Shown here one piece after another: positions 26,245 through 34,281 of a stretch of 39,690 nucleotides of DNA. The notes under the pieces are model-generated. The model had not been told where the DNA came from, made no database searches, and saw nothing but the letters and a program-made list of their open reading frames with translations. This stretch comes from an uncultured Desulfovibrionaceae bacterium (GTDB lineage Bacteria; Desulfobacterota; Desulfovibrionia; Desulfovibrionales; Desulfovibrionaceae), in contig CAZJOG010000002.1 in assembly GCA_964547565.1 (NCBI GenBank), forward strand, positions 1 to 39,690, given 5' to 3'. A program made the translations under genes and the position numbers. The first letter of the stretch is position 1, and the number at the start of each line of letters is the position of its first letter.

Positions 26245-26877
26245 TTATTCCTCCAATATTCCCTTAAATTTTTCAAAGCCACGTGCAATACGTAGTATTT
26301 CTGTAATATCATCACTCTCTCGAAATATAACGAGGTCGACTTCATCTTTTGTAGATGCGCGTTTTATCTGTTCTATGACGTCAAAAAAATCAACCAATAA
26401 AAAATAATGCGCTTGAAGTATCGCTTCTTTTTGTTTTTGATTATCTAAACTTTCTGATTCTATATCCAGTGTTGTAGCAAGTTTTTCAGCGCATACAGCA
26501 TATCCAAGCTCTTCAAATGTAGGAAACGCATCGACTTGTGAATGATTCAAAAGAATTGGAATATCTATCAAGTTAACCGCAAACTTGACCGTGTTATTAA
26601 CAGAATTGATTGCGTTCGTATAACTAAGGAAAATTTTGTAGAGTTTTTTTTCCTTATATGTGTCAATATCATCAGATATAGGATTATTAGTATTAAGACT
26701 AAAAGAGCGCAGCGGTAGCTCTTCAGTAGGTTCGGGTATTAATTCTTCTTCAAGAAAAAATCCTTCTTTCTCCATTAACTGTATATCTTTGTTAAAGCCC
26801 TGCCAGACATTACCCTCACTATCTGTGTAAACTTCTGGGGCTTCAACAGTATTTCCGTCAATAACCTTTTTGTACAT
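26245..26877 (-). CDS. acidic hypothetical protein (partner of the rSAM/Cys-rich pair, or fibre-assembly-like)
   Basis: 210 aa, GAGGA upstream. The N-terminus MYKKVIDGNTVEAPEVYTDSEGNVWQGF resembles the openings of tail-fibre-assembly/DUF4376-type proteins (recalled, weak). The rest is acidic and helical. Confidence 0.4.
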   Translation of the reverse strand: MYKKVIDGNTVEAPEVYTDSEGNVWQGFNKDIQLMEKEGFFLEEELIPEPTEELPLRSFSLNTNNPISDDIDTYKEKKLYKIFLSYTNAINSVNNTVKFAVNLIDIPILLNHSQVDAFPTFEELGYAVCAEKLATTLDIESESLDNQKQKEAILQAHYFLLVDFFDVIEQIKRASTKDEVDLVIFRESDDITEILRIARGFEKFKGILEE

Positions 26878-26894
26878 AATTTAGTTGATCCTCA

Positions 26895-27209
26895 TCAATT
26901 ACAGCAAGTACACGCGCAGTCACAATAACAAACACAAACACAGTCACACTGACAACAAGCAGTATCATCTACAACTTGTGTTAATGCTGGTTTTACAAGC
27001 CCTCTGTTCGTACAATCCCCGTCACCTGTATTTTCCCAATTTGCTTGATTACTTGTGCTTTTTTGGCATGTTGCTGTGCGGTGTTGATAGCGCTGGTTAG
27101 TATTACCATATGGATACGTTGTTCCCCCCGTACAAGCACCGTTCGCCCATCCACCCGTTACCCAGCGAACAGAAAAATTAAAAAGCATGAGCAATTCCCG
27201 TATATCCAT
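26895..27209 (-). CDS. Cys-rich small protein with C-terminal (Cys-X)n tail; candidate rSAM substrate
   Basis: AAGGAG lies 7 nt upstream of ATG 27209, right after the tail-fibre TAA. 104 aa ending DDTACCQCDCVCVCYCDCACTCCN (Cys tract 26898..26957). Confidence 0.65.
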   Translation of the reverse strand: MDIRELLMLFNFSVRWVTGGWANGACTGGTTYPYGNTNQRYQHRTATCQKSTSNQANWENTGDGDCTNRGLVKPALTQVVDDTACCQCDCVCVCYCDCACTCCN

Positions 27210-27221
27210 AAATATTCTCCT

Positions 27222-28487
27222 TTAGTGTCCACGGATTGCACCTACAGCCCATGAGCTTGCAGACCGTAAGTATTGCCAGATTAAAATGTAGTGATAATTG
27301 GCGGGAAATGATGGAAGCCCACCTGTCAGGTTATTGGGTGTTCCAAAGTTTATAGCTCCACCTTGATAATGCATGTACACAACAATTTGATTATCTATTG
27401 CGACATCAACAGCAGGCAAAGAAAATGTTGTTGTGCCATTTATTGTTACGCGGTTCACTGTGTTTGTGGCTAAAGGAATAGTTCCACTTGTTGCACCGAT
27501 AATGTTTATCGCATCTCTGGCACGCAGCTTACCTGCGGCATCTACAAGCAAACCATCACCAACAAGTATTGGCCCCAAATTACTCGCACTTGCCGGTGTA
27601 GTAGCTTTTGTATGAGCAGTGTCTGCTAAGTCATACGCTGTTTTGACAGCATGAGCTGTTGCTGCTTCTTCTATGGAAGTTGAACTCACGCTGTCATTAA
27701 GCAACACAATACCAGCTGATTCTGTTGTGGCAAATGTGTTTGCTTTTATATTAGCAGTATTTGCCAGTTCATACGCTACTGCGGCATCATTAATTCCTTG
27801 GCTTGCTTTTGCGTCAATTCCCTCTGCTATTTCTTTTGCTTCTTCTGCTGTTGCCACAGCAGAAGCGGCATCTTCCATAGCTTCTGTTGCCTTAGCGTCA
27901 ATCCCATTTGCCACAGAAAGTGCATTTTCTGCCGTTGTTTCTGCCCTATTGGCTGTTGCTTCAGCCAAATCCGATTTTTTAAATGATTGAGTTGCCTTAT
28001 AGTCAACACCCTCTGCAATTTTCTTAGCTTCTGTAGACGTTATAAACGCATTATTCGCTGATTCAAACGCCATATTGGCTGTACTTGCAATACCTGTGGC
28101 AGTGACATTTGCACTTTCTGCTATATTTTTTGCATCTATTGATGTGCTTACAGCGTCATCTGCTTTTTGCTCTGCCGCAAAACTTACAGCCCGTATTTCC
28201 TCAATCACAGTAGCAGGAGCGGCCCCTATCATCCCTGGAGTTAAAGGGTCCGTGCCATCTGCGGTGTTGTGCATGGCGGCATGAAATGCTGGGGGCATTC
28301 CAATCATGCCGTATGGTTCTCCATTGACATATAAAAAGCCGTCCGTATGTACGGCCAAAAGCACCTTATCACCAGCAGGCGTTAACAACTCCAGCTGCTC
28401 TGTGCCAGCAGCAAACACAGTGCCGGCACCTCCTGGCAGAGCCTTTTTCAGATCACCATACTGACTTGGTTTTGTAAGGTTGCGCAT
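27222..28487 (-). CDS. tail fibre protein
   Basis: ATG 28487 lies 1 nt after the upstream TAG. Repeated coiled segments (AKKIAEGVDYKAT / ANGIDAKATEA / AKEIAEGIDAKAS). The phage-fibre repeat ESAGIVLLNDSVSSTSIEEAATAHAVKTAYDLA is present, followed by a beta-rich C-terminal domain. Confidence 0.8.
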   Translation of the reverse strand: MRNLTKPSQYGDLKKALPGGAGTVFAAGTEQLELLTPAGDKVLLAVHTDGFLYVNGEPYGMIGMPPAFHAAMHNTADGTDPLTPGMIGAAPATVIEEIRAVSFAAEQKADDAVSTSIDAKNIAESANVTATGIASTANMAFESANNAFITSTEAKKIAEGVDYKATQSFKKSDLAEATANRAETTAENALSVANGIDAKATEAMEDAASAVATAEEAKEIAEGIDAKASQGINDAAVAYELANTANIKANTFATTESAGIVLLNDSVSSTSIEEAATAHAVKTAYDLADTAHTKATTPASASNLGPILVGDGLLVDAAGKLRARDAINIIGATSGTIPLATNTVNRVTINGTTTFSLPAVDVAIDNQIVVYMHYQGGAINFGTPNNLTGGLPSFPANYHYILIWQYLRSASSWAVGAIRGH

Positions 28488-28488
28488 G

Positions 28489-28854
28489 CTATGCCCCTTG
28501 TTTTCGGGCTTCCTGCTTTTTTGCACGTTCCCCTGCGTAAATATCACTATTTACTTGGGCAAAAAGCGCATTTATGCCATCCATTTCACTCAGGACATCA
28601 CGGTGACGCTCCAAATTACCTTTGGCAAGTGCCAAAATTTCCAGCTTACGCGCAGTGATTAACCGGTTTTTGGCATTTTCCAGATACACATATTCCACAG
28701 ACTTCTGGAATGCCATTGCTTCTTCTGCCTGCTCAATAAGCATTTCATTGGAGAGAGGCGTTAAAACTTCCGGCAAAACCTCCACCTGGGTTTTCGAGGT
28801 TTCTTCCATGTTGGTTTGAGTTTCCATCTCCACGTCCTTTTTCTGTTTCGCCAC
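28489..28854 (-). CDS. hypothetical coiled-coil protein
   Basis: GTG 28854 lies 8 nt after GGGAGG. 121 aa. The first 110 nt overlap the portal ORF in another frame. Confidence 0.45.
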   Translation of the reverse strand: MAKQKKDVEMETQTNMEETSKTQVEVLPEVLTPLSNEMLIEQAEEAMAFQKSVEYVYLENAKNRLITARKLEILALAKGNLERHRDVLSEMDGINALFAQVNSDIYAGERAKKQEARKQGA

Positions 28855-30763
28855 TTTGCGAACCTCCCTGCATAGCTGCCATTTGCGCCATTTGTTGTGC
28901 CTGGGCTGCCTGCATCATTTGCTTTTGTTGTTCTCGCATTTGTAATTCTTCCACAGGATAGTGGTAAGGTTCCATAGGCACATTAAGAAGCTGTCCCATA
29001 CGGTCAAGCGCTTTTGCCACATGCCCCATATTGGCAAAGCCAGCAGGAACAGCCACACTTGCCGCAAACTGTACATATTCTTTCAGCACAAGCGCCTGCT
29101 GCTGTTTTTCTTGCGGCCCTACGCCAAGTTCAATATTCACAGTAAAGTCATTGGCATAGTCCTCTACATCTATTTTATTACCTTTGCGCATAAAATAATC
29201 TATATATTCAGCACCAAACACTTTAAACTGAACAACCATATCTTCTATGGCGTCTTTGAATGTTTCTGCAATAACATTTGCCATATATTTTTGACGTTGT
29301 TGCGAAAGCGATGCTATTATACCAATACCTGTAGCAGTTTTATTTAAGCTGTTTGCATCAATACCCTGGTTATAGCGTGTAACGCCACTTATGCGTTCTG
29401 CTCTTCCCTCCAGCATTTCCATGCTTTTTATAATAGAAGCATCCAGTGGAGGTGGTTTTACAATATCATAAAGTTTTTGCTGCACAGTGGAAGCACCGGC
29501 TTTCAGAACATCCCCTATGTAACGTTCATCCCACTCATTAATAAGCACTTCATCTGAGGTAATAAGGTTGCCATACACACTCATGGCTGTTGCGTCATTC
29601 CAAAGACGTGTAAGCTGGGTATGCTCAATTTGTATGGGTTCCAGTGAGGCAGGATACGCTTTGCCTTCAAACTTAAAGCTGTCTTCAATAGCACGCGCCA
29701 CACGGAAAGGGGGTCTGCCATACGGATTTTCTTCTATGGCAAGCACAACGTCATGCGCCAGGCGGATAATGACAGGTTCTAAAAGGCCATCCCTGTCTAT
29801 ATCCAGCCCGGTATAGATCTCCCACAACTCTACGGGGGCAGACGGCCTGGTAAGACCTTCCTCGAAGTCAGGGCTTATTTCCACTTCCTCTTTTTGTGGG
29901 TCAGGCAGGCCAGCAGCGTCATACCGATAATCGTCGTCATCTCTTTCTTCGTCATGATCCACCCATTCCAGATTTTTGGAAATTTTGGCATAGCTGCCTT
30001 TTCTATAACGGCCGGAAGCTTCACCCTTTTTAATATCTTCCAGACGTTTGTGGCTTCTGTGGGCAACAATACGGCAATCGTCTAATTCCGGCCCATCTGG
30101 CGAATAAAAAAAGTCTTCCGGGTCAACTGCCAGAATACGTGGGCCAATAAACACTGGTTCCTGTTTTATAAGTTTCACGTTTTTGAGGCTCTGCACCACT
30201 TCGGTAGCTTGCCCCAAAGCATCCATTACGGACACACGTTCTTCTGTGAATTTTGCCAGCTCCCAACCTTCTGTAAGTTTCTGCTCCAGTATAGCAAAAT
30301 CTTGTGCAGAAACTGCCTCTATCCGCTCGGAAGCTGTACGCCTGTATTCTTCATCCCAAAAAACTTTCACCACTCCGTAATGGTATTTCAGACAGCAATC
30401 CAACCAGGTGCGTAGTTCCCTTGCGCCATACTGGGCTTCAAAAATATTCCAGCGCACAAGTTTACGAACTCTGTCACCGGCTTCTGGGTTATCGCCTATT
30501 TTAACATCAAAAAAATCCGGAGAGGTAAAAAGCTGGTCTAAGCCAACCTTCATACCTTCTACGGATTCAAACACAGTAGGAGAGACCACGCTGGAGAAAC
30601 CAGGGCGGTTCATGCCTTTTATGCCGGCTGCCTCTTTGCTCATGGAATAAAGCAACAGGTACTGCTTGCGCTGTTCGCGCAAAATATCCTGCCAATCTTT
30701 TGCCCGCTGCAAATCCGGCGTGATAATGTTTTTGATTGTATCGTCAGATATGGAAACTTCCAC
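28745..30763 (-). CDS. portal protein
   Basis: 672 aa, GTG start. Size, position near TerL, and an acidic/Gln-rich C-terminal tail (QQKQMMQAAQAQQMAQMAAMQGG) are typical of portals. No motif-level proof. Confidence 0.6.
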   Translation of the reverse strand: MEVSISDDTIKNIITPDLQRAKDWQDILREQRKQYLLLYSMSKEAAGIKGMNRPGFSSVVSPTVFESVEGMKVGLDQLFTSPDFFDVKIGDNPEAGDRVRKLVRWNIFEAQYGARELRTWLDCCLKYHYGVVKVFWDEEYRRTASERIEAVSAQDFAILEQKLTEGWELAKFTEERVSVMDALGQATEVVQSLKNVKLIKQEPVFIGPRILAVDPEDFFYSPDGPELDDCRIVAHRSHKRLEDIKKGEASGRYRKGSYAKISKNLEWVDHDEERDDDDYRYDAAGLPDPQKEEVEISPDFEEGLTRPSAPVELWEIYTGLDIDRDGLLEPVIIRLAHDVVLAIEENPYGRPPFRVARAIEDSFKFEGKAYPASLEPIQIEHTQLTRLWNDATAMSVYGNLITSDEVLINEWDERYIGDVLKAGASTVQQKLYDIVKPPPLDASIIKSMEMLEGRAERISGVTRYNQGIDANSLNKTATGIGIIASLSQQRQKYMANVIAETFKDAIEDMVVQFKVFGAEYIDYFMRKGNKIDVEDYANDFTVNIELGVGPQEKQQQALVLKEYVQFAASVAVPAGFANMGHVAKALDRMGQLLNVPMEPYHYPVEELQMREQQKQMMQAAQAQQMAQMAAMQGGSQSGETEKGRGDGNSNQHGRNLENPGGGFAGSFNASLQ

Positions 30764-30840
30764 GGGTCACCCTGTACCCGCACGTCCCCCGAAACCGTAC
30801 GCTTGGGGTCAGCACACCCCGTTACGTTCTTTATAAAATT

Positions 30841-30869
30841 CTTATATCTTGATATAGAAATATAGTCAA
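30841..30869 (-). promoter_or_regulatory. sigma-70-like promoter ahead of portal
   Basis: The minus strand reads TTGACT-17 nt-TATAAG, immediately after the terminator hairpin. Confidence 0.45.
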
Positions 30870-30871
30870 GT

Positions 30872-30933
30872 AAAAAGTTCCCCAGCCACGCCTACGGGGG
30901 AAGGCTTCAGGGTATGCTGCCCTGTGGCTGGGG
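30872..30933 (-). terminator. structured terminator after the 370-aa gene
   Basis: Minus strand: CCCCAGCCAC ...34 nt containing two small hairpins (CAGGG-N7-CCCTG, GCCT-N8-AGGC)... GTGGCTGGGG then AACTTTTT. Confidence 0.5.
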
Positions 30934-30948
30934 AAATATGGCAGGGGA

Positions 30949-32061
30949 TTACATTCCCCAAATATACCCTTGAGGCAGGTAGGGCAAAAGCTCAAAACCT
31001 CTTTCCATATTTTCTATCCCCCAACCCAAACCGATTGTAGCCGGCGCATCCATAAGCGCTGCTCCTAAACCAGTGAGTATGGGTTTTCCAGCTGCGCCAA
31101 TAGCACCACCGGCAAATGCTGCGGGTAAATCCATTGGTGACCATAGAGGCTCCTTGAGGCCGGGCTCCGTAATATTGCGGTTACCGTTATTCCACTCTCT
31201 TTCAAATTCCGTCCAATTGTTCGCTTGTTGCAAGGTGGGCTTTACCTGTTGGCTTACCTTCATGATCTTTTCAAGAGCTTTAAGCAATTTCTCTTTGCGG
31301 TCTTCCATACCCCAGTCATAGCCCGCACCTTGAGTAGCGGGCGCATTGTAAATACTTGCTGTCAGCAGGCCGCCCGCAAGAGGAAATGGCGGTAAAAAAG
31401 CCTTGACGTCTTCGGTGTCTTTCACTAAACTACTTTTATTCAAGGGTTCGACAGCAGAAAGCTGACGCTGCGTAAATTCCCTCCCGCCCTCGCGCGGTGC
31501 ATAGTTAGATGGTAGGTTTGCGTCTACCCAATCCTTGAGAGAAGATTTTTCATGGAACAAGCTTCCCAATTTACTGGGGAGCTTGTTTGTTTTTGGATCA
31601 TACGCAGTTTGAAATGCAACTTTACCACCTTCTGGCCTCAGTATACCCAAAAAACTTTCCCCACCATGTGGAACGAGCAGAGCTTCTGGATATTCTTTTT
31701 TCCCAGTTACAGTTCGAGCTCTTGTACTTGTTGTGAGGCTATTGAGTAATTCTCCAATCTCATCAACGCTCATTTTCTTTTTGGGATTAGGCTTCTCCAT
31801 TCTGCTTTTTTCCAAATGCCGTATATCATGCCCTTTCATCACATATTCAGGTGTGGTAAAATCTGGGTTGCGGCTCTGCAGTTCTTTAAATACACCTTCC
31901 TGAACCGCGCCAAGAGAAATATCTTTCGGCTTTTTCTTAACAAGTTCATCCATGAGAGCTAGTATATTTTTATTCCACGCCCCTTCCGCTTCATCAGGCG
32001 TTGCCACCCCCCCAGCCCCAAGTGCCGCCAATAAACCTGCCAAGCCTTTAATCACTGCCAT
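30949..32061 (-). CDS. modular virion-type protein, paralog of 17308..19044 (one nuclease-like module + linker + glycine-zipper C-terminus)
   Basis: ATG 32061 follows AAGGAG. 370 aa. The module ...NPDFTTPEYVMKGHDIRHLEKSRMEK...IGELL is homologous to the modules of the 578-aa protein. The C-terminal WTEFEREWNNGN..EPGLKEPLWSPMDLPAAFAGGAIGAAGKPILTGLGAALMDAPATIGLGWGIENMERGFELL is near-identical to that protein. Confidence 0.5.
   Translation of the reverse strand: MAVIKGLAGLLAALGAGGVATPDEAEGAWNKNILALMDELVKKKPKDISLGAVQEGVFKELQSRNPDFTTPEYVMKGHDIRHLEKSRMEKPNPKKKMSVDEIGELLNSLTTSTRARTVTGKKEYPEALLVPHGGESFLGILRPEGGKVAFQTAYDPKTNKLPSKLGSLFHEKSSLKDWVDANLPSNYAPREGGREFTQRQLSAVEPLNKSSLVKDTEDVKAFLPPFPLAGGLLTASIYNAPATQGAGYDWGMEDRKEKLLKALEKIMKVSQQVKPTLQQANNWTEFEREWNNGNRNITEPGLKEPLWSPMDLPAAFAGGAIGAAGKPILTGLGAALMDAPATIGLGWGIENMERGFELLPYLPQGYIWGM
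30991..31059. repeat. 69-nt stretch identical to 17359..17427
   Basis: Same string as at 17359..17427. It encodes the shared ...AALMDAPATIGLGWGIENMERGFEL C-terminus. Confidence 0.9.
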
Positions 32062-32087
32062 ATTGTTCTCCTTTCTTCGTGCAGTCT

Positions 32088-33506
32088 TTACACAACCCAT
32101 TTTTTGCGTTCTCTGTACTGCCTTTTTTCTGCCTGCCTGCTTATGCCCATAACATCCTGCCCGGAAGCCACCAAATACCGCAAGGCATCACATGCATGGT
32201 CATTTTCTTTTACAATACGGCCTTTTTCATCCCTGTGGTAGCTGCGTAGTTCCCGTATAAGGTTCTGGCAGTTTGTGAATATCTTCAACCTGCCTGTGGA
32301 CATAAGTGTCCACACCTGCATAATGCCACTTTCCACGCCATTATTGGCAGGGGTTAGATGCAAGCCTAATCCTCTGTACTCTTCCATAAGACTTGTGCCG
32401 TCTTTCTGGTTTGCACCCTGGCTGGCTGGATCAACAAGGCCGGGTATCCAATCCCCGCGTTGTTGAAGAGCGTGGCTGTTTTCGAGAGGTGTGGATTCTT
32501 TAGCGTAATGTTCCCCGTAAATATACCATGCCCCTGCATCCTTATCGTATGCGCCCCACACGGCAGCCGTGCAATTCCAGCCTACATCCAACCCGTACAC
32601 ACGCGGCCAGTATTCCGGCAATTCAAATGGCTGGGTAACGTACCTGTCCTGATCCACAGGGTATACTACCCCTGCTCCCATTTGCGGTATCCCGCGGGAA
32701 CGCGCCAGGCGCATAAAAGGCGGGTAAGCTGCCAGCATTTCTTCTTTGGCTTCTTCCGTCAGGTGCGGGGCATCGTCCCAGCTTGCCATGGTTACATGCC
32801 GGCCATTCACTTCCCCTTCATGCACATCCCCATCAGGAAAAAATGCGCTTACCACCTCGCTCATACCGCGTAATGGCGTAAATGTAAGCATGATAATACC
32901 GTTATTGGTCATGGTACGCGTAAGGCATTCTGTGTACACATCCATGGGAGGTTCTTCATCCAGCAGAATAGCGGCTACTTCTGTGCCCTGAAAAGCCTCC
33001 CGCCCCTGGTCATAACTTTTAAAAACCAGAGTAGAAATACCGCCAGTAATATGTTTTATTTTCACAGAAGAAAAACTGTCTGGTATAAAGCCTGCGCTTG
33101 TTTCTTTTACAAGGCTGGGGTGTACAAGTGCCAGATATTCAAAAAGTTTGCCTTTTTGCCCAATAATTTTGCGTTGTAGTATATCCCGTGCTGTTTCCCG
33201 TGTATCCCCACACGCCCAAGCATTTATGGGCTTTTCAAAACGCCTGCCTTGCCACCAATCCGGGTAACGCCCTGTAAGGTGCAGCGCCAGTTCATACCCA
33301 CCTGCACCTTCCGTTTTGCCCACACGGTTGCCAGCTAAAAAGAGCCGCTGCCTAAATGTCGCACCAGCCGCCATAAAGCCAATATGCTTGCCATACCCAG
33401 CCCGTATTTCTTCCGTTTGGTACATGCTATCCAGCAGGCAAGATTTTTTGTCCCGCTCTATGGCCTCCATAAGGCTCAAAAAACTATCCACACTGGCAGG
33501 TATCAT
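32088..33506 (-). CDS. terminase large subunit
   Basis: 472 aa. Walker A FLAGNRVGKTEG, Walker B AAILLDEEP, C-terminal nuclease-type DHACDALRYLV. ATGA overlap with TerS. Confidence 0.85.
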   Translation of the reverse strand: MIPASVDSFLSLMEAIERDKKSCLLDSMYQTEEIRAGYGKHIGFMAAGATFRQRLFLAGNRVGKTEGAGGYELALHLTGRYPDWWQGRRFEKPINAWACGDTRETARDILQRKIIGQKGKLFEYLALVHPSLVKETSAGFIPDSFSSVKIKHITGGISTLVFKSYDQGREAFQGTEVAAILLDEEPPMDVYTECLTRTMTNNGIIMLTFTPLRGMSEVVSAFFPDGDVHEGEVNGRHVTMASWDDAPHLTEEAKEEMLAAYPPFMRLARSRGIPQMGAGVVYPVDQDRYVTQPFELPEYWPRVYGLDVGWNCTAAVWGAYDKDAGAWYIYGEHYAKESTPLENSHALQQRGDWIPGLVDPASQGANQKDGTSLMEEYRGLGLHLTPANNGVESGIMQVWTLMSTGRLKIFTNCQNLIRELRSYHRDEKGRIVKENDHACDALRYLVASGQDVMGISRQAEKRQYRERKKWVV

Positions 33507-33847
33507 AGCTTGCTCCCAAACAATTCCTGCGCCATGCGCTTTGCTTCTGCTTCTTTTTCCTCAAGTGTCATATCCGCGTATTTTGCCGACAAATCTACTA
33601 CCACTTCCTTGGGGATAATTTTACCCACAAGCGCCAAGTAAGTTGAGGGCTCCGCAAGAGCGATGCCCTTCAGGTACTCCACCCCACCCACTTCATGGAA
33701 GGAAAGCTCAATCGCTTCCTTCAGCGTTTTGGTGAGTTTGGCTTTTGTACCCTTTGTCTTCCCACTGGGGTTTAGAGAAGGTTTCCCCTTCTGCATAGCA
33801 GGATTACCCCGCTTTTTTGGCAAATATTGGCTATTTTCCTTTTCCAT
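33503..33847 (-). CDS. terminase small subunit-like protein
   Basis: ATG 33847 lies 2 nt after the RusA stop. 114 aa. Basic N-terminus KKRGNPAMQKGKPSLNPSGKTKGTK (DUF5681/TerS-like GNP..G.P.G pattern). Lies immediately upstream of TerL. Confidence 0.6.
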   Translation of the reverse strand: MEKENSQYLPKKRGNPAMQKGKPSLNPSGKTKGTKAKLTKTLKEAIELSFHEVGGVEYLKGIALAEPSTYLALVGKIIPKEVVVDLSAKYADMTLEEKEAEAKRMAQELFGSKL

Positions 33848-33849
33848 GC

Positions 33850-34248
33850 TTACATCTCCCACACACGCACCAGCACAGCGCCGCCCTTTCGTATTTCGCC
33901 AAAACTCTGGTAAAGCTGCATCACCTGGCTGTCGTCTGACCACACCCCCGCCTTAGTTAGGCTATCCAGCGTGGCTTTGGTGTAATTATCCAGGTCACGC
34001 TTTTGTTTTGTGGGTGGGTACAGGGTAATATCCACAGCCACTTTGCCTTTGTAGGGCGTTTTAGGCAGTTCTTTTTGGGCCCGTTTAGCTGTGCAGATAC
34101 TCTCCACAGCCAGGTAGAAGATGCGGGCGTCTTCGGCAAGAATAGTAAGCGTGTTTCGCCCTTTGCCTACCCTGCGCCAAATGCGGTTCACAGAAGGCGG
34201 AAAAGGCAGCAGTAATTCCGCTATGGGTTTTCCATTTTTTTGTGTCAT
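33850..34248 (-). CDS. rusA: RusA-family Holliday-junction resolvase
   Basis: ATG 34248; the longer track ORF runs into the TA palindrome and is rejected. LPFPPSVNRIW ... QKRDLDNYTKATLDSLTKAGVWSDDSQV are the RusA motifs. Confidence 0.85.
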   Translation of the reverse strand: MTQKNGKPIAELLLPFPPSVNRIWRRVGKGRNTLTILAEDARIFYLAVESICTAKRAQKELPKTPYKGKVAVDITLYPPTKQKRDLDNYTKATLDSLTKAGVWSDDSQVMQLYQSFGEIRKGGAVLVRVWEM

Positions 34249-34281
34249 TTTGTTTCTCTGTTCCCGGCGGGCACGGGATGG

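Noticed and set aside
26898-26957. ACA-periodic DNA that could be called a simple sequence repeat
   Set aside because: The period is 6 nt with varied intervening codons. It is in frame with an ORF that has a strong SD and tight operon coupling, so it is interpreted as coding for the Cys-X tail.
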